A stretch of 64,000 bases of DNA, taken from NCBI GenBank assembly GCA_036676495.1, contig JAKFCT010000028.1, forward strand, positions 138,832 to 202,831, in the 5' to 3' direction. Of the stretch, positions 1-9,187 are shown piece after piece. The translations under genes were made by a program, and so were the position numbers. Position 1 is the stretch's first letter; every line of letters starts with the position of its first letter. The notes under the pieces were generated by a model, which ran no database searches, had not been told where the DNA came from, and was given only the letters and a program-made list of their open reading frames with translations. The stretch comes from Candidatus Sericytochromatia bacterium. GTDB lineage: Bacteria; Cyanobacteriota; Sericytochromatia; S15B-MN24; UBA4093.

Positions 1-177
1 GATCCGAGCACGACGCGCATCCATGGAGGGGCGGGCCTCGGGCTCCCCATCTCCAAGGCCCTGATCGAGGCCCACGGAGGCCGGATCGGCGTCCGCAGCC
101 AGGAGGGCCAGGGCTCCACGTTCTGGTTCACCCTGCCGCTGCAAGGCGCGTCGCCCGATCCCGCCGCGAGGGTGTGA
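1..177 (+). CDS. Sensor histidine kinase, C-terminal HATPase fragment (5' end outside the window)
   Basis: Frame 1 reads [46 protein letters not shown], the G2 box and C-terminus of a HATPase; stop TGA at 175-177. Confidence 0.9.
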   Translation, partial: DPSTTRIHGGAGLGLPISKALIEAHGGRIGVRSQEGQGSTFWFTLPLQGASPDPAARV

Positions 178-236
178 TTCGGGCGGGGGGCGGGTAGGAG
201 ATCCGGTGGCCCGCACATCGTAAAGGAGACTTCCCT

Positions 237-689
237 GTGACGCAGCAACTGATCGGCCTTCCGCCTTCCGTCGACCCGGACGCCTGGCGGGGCTTGCTCG
301 CCCTCGGAGAGCGCCAGACCTTTCAGCGCGGCGAGACCATCTTCGAGGATCGCTCCGTGGGCGACCGGATCTACCTGATCCTCGAGGGCCCCGTCGAGAT
401 CCTCAAGGAGACCCATCCAGGCCAGAACGTGCGGCTCGCCATCCTCGAAAACGGCGCCATGTTCGGCGAGCGCTGCCTCTTCGGAGACGGCCGGCGCTCC
501 GCCACCGCGCGCGCCTTCGGTCCGGTCTCGCTCCTGGGGATCCCGGCTGCGGACGTCAAGGAGTACCTCGACGGCCATCCCGCTTTCGCCGTGCAGTTCT
601 ACCGCTCCCTATGCGAGCAGTTCAGCCAGCTGGTCTTCGACCTCGACTCCGACCTGCGGGTCCTGCATCAGCGGCTCTCCTTCTTCTAA
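237..689 (+). CDS. Stand-alone cyclic nucleotide-binding domain protein
   Basis: cNMP motifs GETIF..., G.MFGE...RSATARA; no Crp HTH; RBS AAGGAG before GTG. Confidence 0.85.
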   Translation: MTQQLIGLPPSVDPDAWRGLLALGERQTFQRGETIFEDRSVGDRIYLILEGPVEILKETHPGQNVRLAILENGAMFGERCLFGDGRRSATARAFGPVSLLGIPAADVKEYLDGHPAFAVQFYRSLCEQFSQLVFDLDSDLRVLHQRLSFF

Positions 690-713
690 ACCGCTCGCGC
701 CCGCAAGCCTCCG

Positions 714-1529
714 TCAACCGTTGCCCTCCGGGCCGAACACGCGCTCCGGATCCGCCATGAGGGCGGTGAAGGCCTGGGCCAGGCGGCTGGCCTGAGCCCC
801 ATCCAGCATGCGGTGGTCGAGGGCCACGCCCAGCGTCAGGATCGGCCGTACGACGACCTGTCCATCCACCACCCAGGGCTTCTCCGTCACGCGGCCGAGC
901 GCCATCACCAGCGAGCAGCGCGCGAGCGGCGGCACGGGAGGGAAAGCCAGGTCCAGCCCCAGGCTGCCCACGTTGGTCACCATGGCGGCCCCGAAGGGAT
1001 CCGGGAAGATGCCCAGCGCCGGAATCCCGATGCCGAGGTCGTGCGCGAGCAGGTCCTGGATCTTCAGGGCCAGCGGCATCAAGACCATCGGCACGCGATC
1101 GGTCACGGAGGTCGACCGGCGCAGGCGCTCCGAGCTCGTCTCCGCCCGCACTGCCCCCGCCCGCTGGGAGAGCTCGTTGGCGAGGCCCAGGATGCCCTTC
1201 GCGGGCACGTTTTCCAGTTTGATGCCCGAGAGGTCTTGCCCCCCGCGATCCACCTGCACGAAAAGATCCAGGTGCGGCCGCTCGACCCAGCGTCCGAACC
1301 TCAGCATGCGGGTGGATGCCGGCTCTTGAGCCATGACATGGGCGAGCGCCTTGATCACCAGGGCCAGCATGGTGACGGGAACCCCCGTTCGCACGCGAAG
1401 GGCTTCCAGGTAGCGCAGGGCCGCCGTGGCATCGAGCTCGAGCATGCCGTAAGTGGTGGGATCATGGGGCTTCGGCCAGGAGGCGATCGCCACCTTCCGC
1501 CAGCCCCGGGGCTTGAACATCCGCGCCAT
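714..1529 (-). CDS. 2-oxoacid dehydrogenase E2-like acyltransferase, catalytic domain only
   Basis: VTNVGSLG and catalytic DHRMLDG; start reassigned to MARMFKP (ATG 1529) with AAGGAGG RBS; no lipoyl domain. Confidence 0.85.
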   Translation of the reverse strand: MARMFKPRGWRKVAIASWPKPHDPTTYGMLELDATAALRYLEALRVRTGVPVTMLALVIKALAHVMAQEPASTRMLRFGRWVERPHLDLFVQVDRGGQDLSGIKLENVPAKGILGLANELSQRAGAVRAETSSERLRRSTSVTDRVPMVLMPLALKIQDLLAHDLGIGIPALGIFPDPFGAAMVTNVGSLGLDLAFPPVPPLARCSLVMALGRVTEKPWVVDGQVVVRPILTLGVALDHRMLDGAQASRLAQAFTALMADPERVFGPEGNG

Positions 1530-1717
1530 CTCCCCTCCTTTGGCGCTATTATGCCGTATCCCTCGCTCGCATGAAACCCAAACAAACCGTTTCTCCAGAC
1601 CTGCCCCGGAGTGCTGGCGCTCGCCCTCCGAGCGATCCGTGGCGGTGGAGCATGCGTTTACCCGGCAGGCTCCCCCCTCCATACTGAGCGCGTCCACTCG
1701 ACAGGAGGAGGAGCAAG

Positions 1718-3229
1718 ATGCGCAGACGATCGTTCGGGAGCGAGGCAGGAGGTACGGCGGACGCGACGATCGGAAACGCGGCGCGACGTTCCCGGCTGCT
1801 GAAGCCCTTGCTGCTGGCCTCCATGGCCCTGGCTTCGTGCCATGTCCCCGGAAACGGAGGCATGTCGATCGCCCAGACCCCCGCGCGCTGGGAAGGTCTC
1901 CCCTTCCGCCAGGCAACGACGACCGCCTACGCCCTGACCCTATATGCGGACGGCTGGGCGCTGGTGAACGAAACCGCTCAGGTCGCGCTGGAGCCCGGCG
2001 AGCAGATCGTGAGCCTCTCTCCGGTGGCTCCCCAGGTCGAGCCGAGAGGGGCCTACCTCCAGATCCCGGGGATGGTGAGCGATCGGCGCTTCCGCTACGA
2101 TCTGCAAACCCGGGAACGGCTCATGGAGCGCTATCACAACCGCACGGTCGAGATCGAGACCGCGACGGGCTCGATCAAAGCGACCCTCTTGATGACCGAA
2201 ACGGGGCCGATCTACCGGATCGGGGAGCGCCTCACGACCGATCCCGGCGGCCGCGTGGTCTTCCCGCCTCTGCCGGAGCTGGCCGTCGAACCCACCCTGG
2301 AATGGCGGGTACGGATGGCGTCCCCTTGGAGTGGCTCGGCGACCGCATCCTATGTCGTCAACCGGCTGGGATGGGAGAGCGAGTACACGCTCAGGACCGA
2401 TGCCGAGCAGACGCGCGGGGTCTGGACCCAATGGGCGGCTCTTAGCAACCAATCGGGCGGGCGCTACCCGGATGCGCAGGTGACCCTGGTTGCGGGTGAC
2501 GTGCGGCGCGACGTCTACCGTCCGATGCCGCTGGACCACGGCGGGGCGCGCGCCTACTCGGAGGTGGCCCCCGCAGAACCTTACGCCGCCCGCTACCAGT
2601 ACCGTCTGCCGGACAGGACGACCCTCGAGCGCAACAGCGAGGTCCGCAAAAACCTGGCCACGGCGGAGGGAGTGCCCGTGACGCGAAGCTATCGGATCAC
2701 GAGCGCGGTGAACCTTTATCGCTCCGTCGAGCCCGAGCTTCCCCGCAAGGCCCAGATCCGGCTCACGATTCCCAACACGGAGGCCGCCAACCTCGGCAGG
2801 CCCCTGCCGCGCGGCAAAGTGACGGTCTACACCCCGAACCGGCAAGGCGAGCAAGCCATCGCCGGCGAACCCATGATCCCCGATACCCCCAAGGGACAGC
2901 TCATCCTCCTCCCGCTGGGAGAGGCCTTCGACGTCACGGCCGAACGCAAGCAGACCCAGTACGAGGTCACCGAGGACGGCGCCCGGATCGGCTACGCGAT
3001 CACCCTGAAAAACCAGCAAGCGCAAGCCGTGACCGTCGAGGTCTCGGAGCTCGTGCCGAACGACTGGAGCGTGCTCAGCCACTCGCACCCGTACGAACGC
3101 GTCTCGGCCTCCGAACTCCGCTTCAAGCCCTCGGTTCCGGCCGGCGGTGAAGTCACCGTCACCTACGTGATCCGCATCCGCACGCCGAACGCGCCGCAGC
3201 GCGTGCCGCCAAGCCCTGAGCCCCGGTAA
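1718..3229 (+). CDS. DUF4139 family protein, possible lipoprotein
   Basis: LTLY..G.ALV.E, L.W...Y, A.L.NQSG..Y.DA.VTLVAGDV, NLGRPLP.G.V.VY; lipobox-like MALASC; GGAGGAG RBS. Confidence 0.8.
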   Translation: MRRRSFGSEAGGTADATIGNAARRSRLLKPLLLASMALASCHVPGNGGMSIAQTPARWEGLPFRQATTTAYALTLYADGWALVNETAQVALEPGEQIVSLSPVAPQVEPRGAYLQIPGMVSDRRFRYDLQTRERLMERYHNRTVEIETATGSIKATLLMTETGPIYRIGERLTTDPGGRVVFPPLPELAVEPTLEWRVRMASPWSGSATASYVVNRLGWESEYTLRTDAEQTRGVWTQWAALSNQSGGRYPDAQVTLVAGDVRRDVYRPMPLDHGGARAYSEVAPAEPYAARYQYRLPDRTTLERNSEVRKNLATAEGVPVTRSYRITSAVNLYRSVEPELPRKAQIRLTIPNTEAANLGRPLPRGKVTVYTPNRQGEQAIAGEPMIPDTPKGQLILLPLGEAFDVTAERKQTQYEVTEDGARIGYAITLKNQQAQAVTVEVSELVPNDWSVLSHSHPYERVSASELRFKPSVPAGGEVTVTYVIRIRTPNAPQRVPPSPEPR

Positions 3230-3417
3230 CGTTGTCACGCTGACAGGGTATCCGACCTGGCGATTTATCTTCACCACCTATCGAACACTCCAACAACAAT
3301 TCAACATGATGGGTCAGCAGGGACGCTCCAAACGGACTCGACAACGTTGCAGCAAGACAACCCCTCGTCTTTGCCCGGCGATAGAGATCTGGCCAGGAAC
3401 CGGGTAGAATCAAAGGC

Positions 3418-4158
3418 ATGAAACGACTGATCTTATTCGACATCGACGGGACGCTGCTCTCCCTTCGCGGCGCGGGGAAGGGCTCCTTTCGACGGGGCCT
3501 CGAGGACGTCTACGGCACGGCCGGCCCCATCGAAGGCTGGGACTTCGGAGGCAAGACGGATCGCCTACTCTGCCACGAGCTGCTTGGAGCCGCGGGCCTT
3601 CCCGCCCATGAGATCGAGGCGGGGGTCGACCAAGCCATCTCGCGATACCTCGGCTACCTCGAAGAAGCGCTCGCCGACCATCCCGTGCACGTGCATCCGG
3701 GTATCCCCGAGCTGCTGGACCACCTGGCGGCCGACACCCGGGTCACCCTTGGCCTGCTCACCGGAAACGTCGCCGCGGGAGCAAAGCTGAAACTTGCGGC
3801 CGTCGGGCTCGCGGATTACTTCCGGCTCGGCTCGTACGGCTGCGACTCGGCCAACCGTCGCGACCTCCCGGCCGTGGCGATCGCCCGGGCCGCGGCGCTC
3901 ACCGGCACCACGTACGCCGGCAAGGAAGTCGTCATCATCGGGGACACCCCCCATGACATCGACTGCGGCAAGGTGCTATCCAACCGGACCATCGCGGTGG
4001 CAACCGGCAGCTTCTCGCAGGAGGCCCTGCAGGTTCACGCCCCCGATTTTCTCTTCGACACCCTGGAACGCACCGACTCCGTGCTCCAGGCCATTCATTG
4101 CGATTTCCCCGAACGGGAGCCGAAGTCCCGGACGTCCCACCTCCAACCCGCTCCATGA
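3418..4158 (+). CDS. HAD-family hydrolase (phosphoglycolate phosphatase-like)
   Basis: LFDIDGTL, LLTGN and IGDTPHD motifs. Confidence 0.9.
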   Translation: MKRLILFDIDGTLLSLRGAGKGSFRRGLEDVYGTAGPIEGWDFGGKTDRLLCHELLGAAGLPAHEIEAGVDQAISRYLGYLEEALADHPVHVHPGIPELLDHLAADTRVTLGLLTGNVAAGAKLKLAAVGLADYFRLGSYGCDSANRRDLPAVAIARAAALTGTTYAGKEVVIIGDTPHDIDCGKVLSNRTIAVATGSFSQEALQVHAPDFLFDTLERTDSVLQAIHCDFPEREPKSRTSHLQPAP

Positions 4159-5357
4159 CCCCAGCCGTCCTCACGCTCATGGTGGCGCAGTTCGTCACCT
4201 TCGTCGGAGTCTCCTTCGTCTTCCCGCTGCTTCCGCTCTACGTCGCCGAGCTCGGCGTGACGGATCCGGGGCAGGTGGCGGCCTGGTCGGGCTTCCTCGG
4301 AGCCCTCACTCCCCTCTGCTCGGGGATCTTCATGCCGTTCTGGAGCCATCATGCCGAGCGCATCGGGCTCCGCCCGCTGATCCTCTGGACGATGCTCGCC
4401 TACGCGGTAATCATCGGGGCCATGGGCTTCGTCGGCTCGGTCTGGCAACTGGCGGCGCTCCGCGCCATGTACGGCATCATGGGCGGCCTCTCGGCCATCG
4501 TCGCGGGAGCCCTGTCCAAGCTCGTGCCCGAAGAGAAGATCGGCCGAACGCTCGGCCTCATGCAAACCGTCAGCAGCGTCGCCTTCGCCATGGGCCCCTT
4601 CCTGGGGGGCATCACCAAGGATGCCTTCGGCTACAAAGCCACCTTCGGAGTCGTCGCGGCGCTTTGCCTGCTCGGCGCCCTCCTGGTCGCGCTCGGCTTC
4701 CGTGAGCCCGCCAAGGCGGCCAGCGCTCCCAAGCCGAAGACGACGGGCCGGGAACGCTTCCAGCGGGCGATCGCCCTCGTCGGCCCCATGATGATCCTCA
4801 TGGCCGTGGCCCAGCTGGCCGTGAACTCCTTCGAGGTCCTCCTTCCCCTGGCCGTCCAGCGCTACCCGTCCGCCGCCGGCTCGACGGCCTCGTGGGCGGG
4901 GGCTGCCCTTTCGGTCATCGGGCTCGGAACCATCGCCTCGTCCCTGCTCCTGGGCTGGCTCTCGGATCGCTTCGGCTCCGCCAAGATCCTGGCACTGGCC
5001 TTCGGGGGCGGTATCGTGAGCGCCGCGGGCCTCGCGATGAGCGCCAGTCCCGGCAGCCTCACCCTCTGGTGCGGTATCTGGGGCCTCTTCACCGGAGGCA
5101 TTCCCGCGGTGGCGTACGCCCTGGGGGCCAGCCGCGTCGCGGCGGACGAACGGGTCGCCATCATCGGCTGGATCGGCTCCGCCTCGGCCTTCGGAATCGC
5201 CGCAGGCCCGCTCGTCGGAGGCCTGCTCGGAACGTTCAGCCTGGGGGCCGTCTTCGGCTTCTCGGCCGCGCTTTGCCTGCTGGGCGCGGCAACCGCCTGG
5301 CTCTCGACCTCACTCCGCCCCGTGGCACGGCCTACTCCGGAACCAAACGGGGTATAG
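4155..5357 (+). CDS. MFS transporter (DHA1-like)
   Basis: About 12 hydrophobic segments; GWLSDRFG motif; ATGA overlap with the HAD stop. Confidence 0.85.
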   Translation: MTPAVLTLMVAQFVTFVGVSFVFPLLPLYVAELGVTDPGQVAAWSGFLGALTPLCSGIFMPFWSHHAERIGLRPLILWTMLAYAVIIGAMGFVGSVWQLAALRAMYGIMGGLSAIVAGALSKLVPEEKIGRTLGLMQTVSSVAFAMGPFLGGITKDAFGYKATFGVVAALCLLGALLVALGFREPAKAASAPKPKTTGRERFQRAIALVGPMMILMAVAQLAVNSFEVLLPLAVQRYPSAAGSTASWAGAALSVIGLGTIASSLLLGWLSDRFGSAKILALAFGGGIVSAAGLAMSASPGSLTLWCGIWGLFTGGIPAVAYALGASRVAADERVAIIGWIGSASAFGIAAGPLVGGLLGTFSLGAVFGFSAALCLLGAATAWLSTSLRPVARPTPEPNGV

Positions 5358-5389
5358 AGAGTTGCCCGCTTCTCGCGAAAGGAACCCAC

Positions 5390-6826
5390 GTGACCGCTGA
5401 CTTCGACCTGCTCGTGGTCGGAAACGAGACCGAAGCCTGCCTCTCCGCCGTTGCCGCCGCCCGAGCGGGCGCGCGTACCGCCCTGGTCATCCCGCCCCAG
5501 GCCATGTTGGGGGGCCTGCTCACGGAGGACGGCCTCAGCTTCGTCGATCGCGACTCGCGCCATCTCATCCCCCCCGGCGAGTCGCCCCACGACGGGCTCT
5601 TCGGGCAATTCCTCGCCCGCGCCGACGTGAAGCTGGTCGCCCTGGAGCCCGACACCGGAGCTCGCGCCCTGGGAGAGATGCTCGACGCATCAGGCGTCAC
5701 CGTGATCCGTTCGGACTGGCAAGGTGTCGTTTTGGAAGGCGATCGCCTTCGCGCCCTCGTCCTTGCCAACGGCGAAGCACTCGGTGCCCGCCACTTCCTC
5801 GACGCCACGCCGGACGGGGACCTCGCGGAAGCGGCAGGAGTCCGCTTCACCTTCGGCTTCCACGAATATGGCATCCCCAAGATGCTGGGGATCAGCCCGC
5901 TGCCGATCGTGAAGGGCGTGAGCCCCGAACGCATCGTGGAAACCTGCCGTCAGCTGGCCGAGGTCCCTGAGTTGGAGGCGCTGCGGATGCAGGTCTTCGG
6001 CGAACGGCGCTTCCTGGAGCTCGATCACGGCATCGACTACGTGCTCGTCGGGCCGCCTCACCTGGGTTTGGCCTACCAGCGCTGGCGGGAAGCGCAGGGG
6101 ATCACGACGCCTTATCGCTTCGAGGCGGATGGGTTCAATGTGGCGGTCATCGCTCCGGACACCACCTCCTGGAATGGCCTGATGTACTTCAGCGAGGATA
6201 CGGACACGCTCCTGCGCCTCTCGCGGGAGGGGGCGGATGCCGTGTTCAAGGAAGAGGCCCGGCGCTTCGAGCGGTTCTTGCAGTCGGAGCTCGGCTGGAC
6301 CGATGCCAGGGTCGAATTGCCGTGGGGGGTCTACGTGCGTCAGACCCGGCATGCCCTGACGGTCCGGCGCCGGCTCACGCTGGAGGCGATCGCCCGAGCC
6401 GACGCCCCCGACCGCATCGGGACCGACCGCGTCGGAAGCTTCTGCTACTACCCGGATTTCCGGGGCTTCCATGCCCCCAAGCTTCCCGGCCCGCTCACCG
6501 CCCCGATCCTCATGGCCTCCGGGCTCGCCTCGAACGTGATCAATCTGGGGATCGCCAGCCGAGCGGGAGGTTACACCCCGTTTGCCCACTCTCTCTGCCG
6601 CCTGGTGCAGTACAACGCGACCCTGGGAACGGCGCTCGGGGTCTCTGCGGCCATGGCGGAACGCGACCTGGGGAAGGTCTCGGTCGCCGAGGTCCGCGGC
6701 GAACTCGAACGACTCGCCATGCTCGCGGATGATCCCGTGGGATTCGAGCGCAATGCCCCGGTCCGGACGGCCATGCAAGCCGACCCGGTGATTTCCCTGG
6801 AAAGCGCCCCTGTCGCGACGGGATAA
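5390..6826 (+). CDS. FAD-dependent oxidoreductase (FAD_oxidored-like)
   Basis: DLLVVG...AVAAARAGA, LGGLLT, FLDATPDGDLA, VYVRQTR; GTG start with AAGGA RBS. Confidence 0.75.
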   Translation: MTADFDLLVVGNETEACLSAVAAARAGARTALVIPPQAMLGGLLTEDGLSFVDRDSRHLIPPGESPHDGLFGQFLARADVKLVALEPDTGARALGEMLDASGVTVIRSDWQGVVLEGDRLRALVLANGEALGARHFLDATPDGDLAEAAGVRFTFGFHEYGIPKMLGISPLPIVKGVSPERIVETCRQLAEVPELEALRMQVFGERRFLELDHGIDYVLVGPPHLGLAYQRWREAQGITTPYRFEADGFNVAVIAPDTTSWNGLMYFSEDTDTLLRLSREGADAVFKEEARRFERFLQSELGWTDARVELPWGVYVRQTRHALTVRRRLTLEAIARADAPDRIGTDRVGSFCYYPDFRGFHAPKLPGPLTAPILMASGLASNVINLGIASRAGGYTPFAHSLCRLVQYNATLGTALGVSAAMAERDLGKVSVAEVRGELERLAMLADDPVGFERNAPVRTAMQADPVISLESAPVATG

Positions 6827-6834
6827 CGCGGGCG

Positions 6835-7488
6835 CTAGTGCGGCTCTTCGCCGAGACTGTTCCAGGTGACGCGGGAGGCTCCGGCCTCCGTGAGCCGCTC
6901 GACCCAGACGAGGATGTCGTCGCCGGTCACGCCACTCAGGACGACGCTGAAATGAAGCACGGGGCCCTGGTCTCCCGTGGAGCGCTCCCCTCGCCTCAGG
7001 ACTCCGCGGGCCTCGTCGAGCAACTCCCGGATCCGCGGCCCTCCCTCGGGAGGCACGAAGACGTCGAGGTAGACGCGCTGCCGCTCGGGAGTGGGAAGCA
7101 GATCGGCGATATAACTGAGCAGGAGCAAAGCGCCCAGCGCAAAGGCGGTGGCGATCAGGGCAATCGATATCCAACCCACGCCAACCGCCATGCCGATGGC
7201 CATGGTCATCCAGAGGGTCGATGCGGTCGTCAGGCCTCGCACCAGGTAGCCCCTGTGCAGGATCACCCCCGCCCCGATGAAGCCGATGCCCGTCACCACC
7301 TGGGCCGCGATCCGAGACGGGTCGCCCGAGGGAAAGCCATGCTCGGACAAGAGCGTCAGCAAGGTCGTCCCCATGCCCACCAGCACATGGGTGCGAAATC
7401 CCGCCGCCTTGTTCCTCCACTCCCGTTCGAGCCCGATCAGTCCCGACAGCACCGCGCTCAAGAGCAGGTAGAGCACGCTCAATAGCAT
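6835..7488 (-). CDS. MgtC/SapB family membrane protein
   Basis: IGLERE...AGFRTH, DPSRIAAQVVTGIGFIGAG, GLTTASTLW. Confidence 0.92.
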   Translation of the reverse strand: MLLSVLYLLLSAVLSGLIGLEREWRNKAAGFRTHVLVGMGTTLLTLLSEHGFPSGDPSRIAAQVVTGIGFIGAGVILHRGYLVRGLTTASTLWMTMAIGMAVGVGWISIALIATAFALGALLLLSYIADLLPTPERQRVYLDVFVPPEGGPRIRELLDEARGVLRRGERSTGDQGPVLHFSVVLSGVTGDDILVWVERLTEAGASRVTWNSLGEEPH

Positions 7489-7491
7489 CGG

Positions 7492-8550
7492 TTAGCTTTT
7501 TTTCGGAAGGAGCCTCGCAGGCTGCGCGAAACCTTGGATGCGATGGTAGAACGACAGGCCGCGGGCTGAAAGTCGCGGAAAACGCCCTTGCAACCAGAAC
7601 CCCATGCGGTTGTGCCAAAGATCGAGGTCGTAGTGGGTGTGCACCAGCATCCCGTTGACTTCCCGGCTAGGCAGCCGGAGCACGTTCGAGCGCAACGCGA
7701 GGAACGCTTGCTCCAGTGGGATGTAATGGGCGGTGACCGCGCTACGCGAGTACTCCGGGGTCAGGGTCGGCAGGCTGCCGTGGATGGTCTTGCCCGACCA
7801 TAGGATCGCATCTCCCTTGCGCATGGCGGGCGCCCAGCACTCCAGGCCGCTCTCGGAGATCATGCGCACGACGTGGTCCTTGTACACCTGATGGTTGGGA
7901 TCGCTCGGCGGCTTGGAGGGTACCTCCAGGCGGTGGCTCCGGGGATAGACGTAGAATCGGCCCGCCCCTGGCAGGATATCCTCCAGGGCGATCCAGATGC
8001 CGACCATCCGGCCGAACTCCTCGGCATCGATGTAGTAGGAATCCTGGTGCGCCCAGGTCGCTTGATTGCCCTCGAAGTACATGGTGTGCATGAGCTTGCC
8101 GGGACCGTCGAAGAGGGCCATGACGACCTGCTGGACGTTGGCATGCGTCAGGACGTTGACTCCGAATTGCCGGAAATCAGGGTAGCGGGAGGACGGGAGG
8201 TCCTGGAGGTTCATGATCGGGTACTGCATGTAGCCGTGCTCGGTGAAGACATGGCGCTCGGGGCGCGAGGAGGCATGCCGCATGAAGTAGTCCCGGCTGG
8301 GCGCCACCTCCCGCTTGAAGGCGGAGCGCAAGGAGTCGCACGCGTCCGCTGGGAGGACGTTGCGGACCACGACGTACCCTTCTCGATCATAGTAGGCGCG
8401 GATCGCCGCATGATCCCCGGGCCCCGGATACGGGTCCGACGCGGGATCGTAGCGGACCGGGATAGCGATCTCACGGCCGTCCGGTGCCTGGATGGGGTAA
8501 CCGCGGTCTTGCGCCTTCTGCATCATGCGAGACTCCTTCACCAGCGTCAT
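7492..8550 (-). CDS. Phytanoyl-CoA dioxygenase family Fe(II)/2OG enzyme
   Basis: EGYVVVR, HQD iron motif, WIALED, GD...W...TIHGS, conserved R. Confidence 0.85.
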   Translation of the reverse strand: MTLVKESRMMQKAQDRGYPIQAPDGREIAIPVRYDPASDPYPGPGDHAAIRAYYDREGYVVVRNVLPADACDSLRSAFKREVAPSRDYFMRHASSRPERHVFTEHGYMQYPIMNLQDLPSSRYPDFRQFGVNVLTHANVQQVVMALFDGPGKLMHTMYFEGNQATWAHQDSYYIDAEEFGRMVGIWIALEDILPGAGRFYVYPRSHRLEVPSKPPSDPNHQVYKDHVVRMISESGLECWAPAMRKGDAILWSGKTIHGSLPTLTPEYSRSAVTAHYIPLEQAFLALRSNVLRLPSREVNGMLVHTHYDLDLWHNRMGFWLQGRFPRLSARGLSFYHRIQGFAQPARLLPKKS

Positions 8551-8857
8551 GCGGTCGCGTCATGGGAGCGATTCGTTCGAGCGGTTCATTCGAGTGCTTC
8601 AAAGATGAGGGCCCGCCATTCTCCCGGAGGAAAGGGCATGTCCTTATCCTAAGCAAGCGACCTTGCCTCACCTATGGCCGTGCGGAAGGGGTTTTTCGTA
8701 ACTTTCGCCCAGGCTTCACGGGTGGCGCGCATCCAACGTCACCTCCCGAGTCGCCAGCGCCTCTCCTGAGGCGTAATCCTCCTTGGCGGCCATCGCGGAG
8801 AGGCCGGCCTACGGGTAGGCTGGAGTCGTGCCGCGGCGCCGGCCGAAGGAGGTGCCC

Positions 8858-9178
8858 GTGTCCCCGCGCTTCGAGAGCTTCGAGGAGTTCTGGCCTGATT
8901 ACCTGGATCAACACCGCAATCCCGTTTGCCGCGCCTTCCACCTCGCAGGAACCCTGCTCGGGCTGGCCTGCCTGGGCTTGGGAGTCGTGGCATCGCCGGT
9001 TTGGCTGCCCGCAGCCCCCCTCAGCGGCTATGGGCTGGCATGGATCGGGCACTTCGCCTTCGAACGCAATCGGCCCGCGACCTTCCGGCACCCCCTCTGG
9101 TCCTTGAGGGCGGATTTCCGAATGCTGGGGCTGATGCTGACGGGGCGGCTAAAGGGCGGGGCTAGGCGTCGAGAGTAG
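8858..9178 (+). CDS. DUF962/Mpo1-like small membrane protein
   Basis: FEEFWPDYLDQH, GYGLAWIGHFAFERNRPATF; AAGGAGG RBS before GTG 8858. Confidence 0.85.
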   Translation: MSPRFESFEEFWPDYLDQHRNPVCRAFHLAGTLLGLACLGLGVVASPVWLPAAPLSGYGLAWIGHFAFERNRPATFRHPLWSLRADFRMLGLMLTGRLKGGARRRE

Positions 9179-9187
9179 GTGGCAAGA

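Noticed and set aside
3227-3352. Integron attC site (TAAC at a stop codon, GTT at the far end)
   Set aside because: Does not fit RYYYAAC/GTTRRRY, the fold is multibranched, and no integrase is present.
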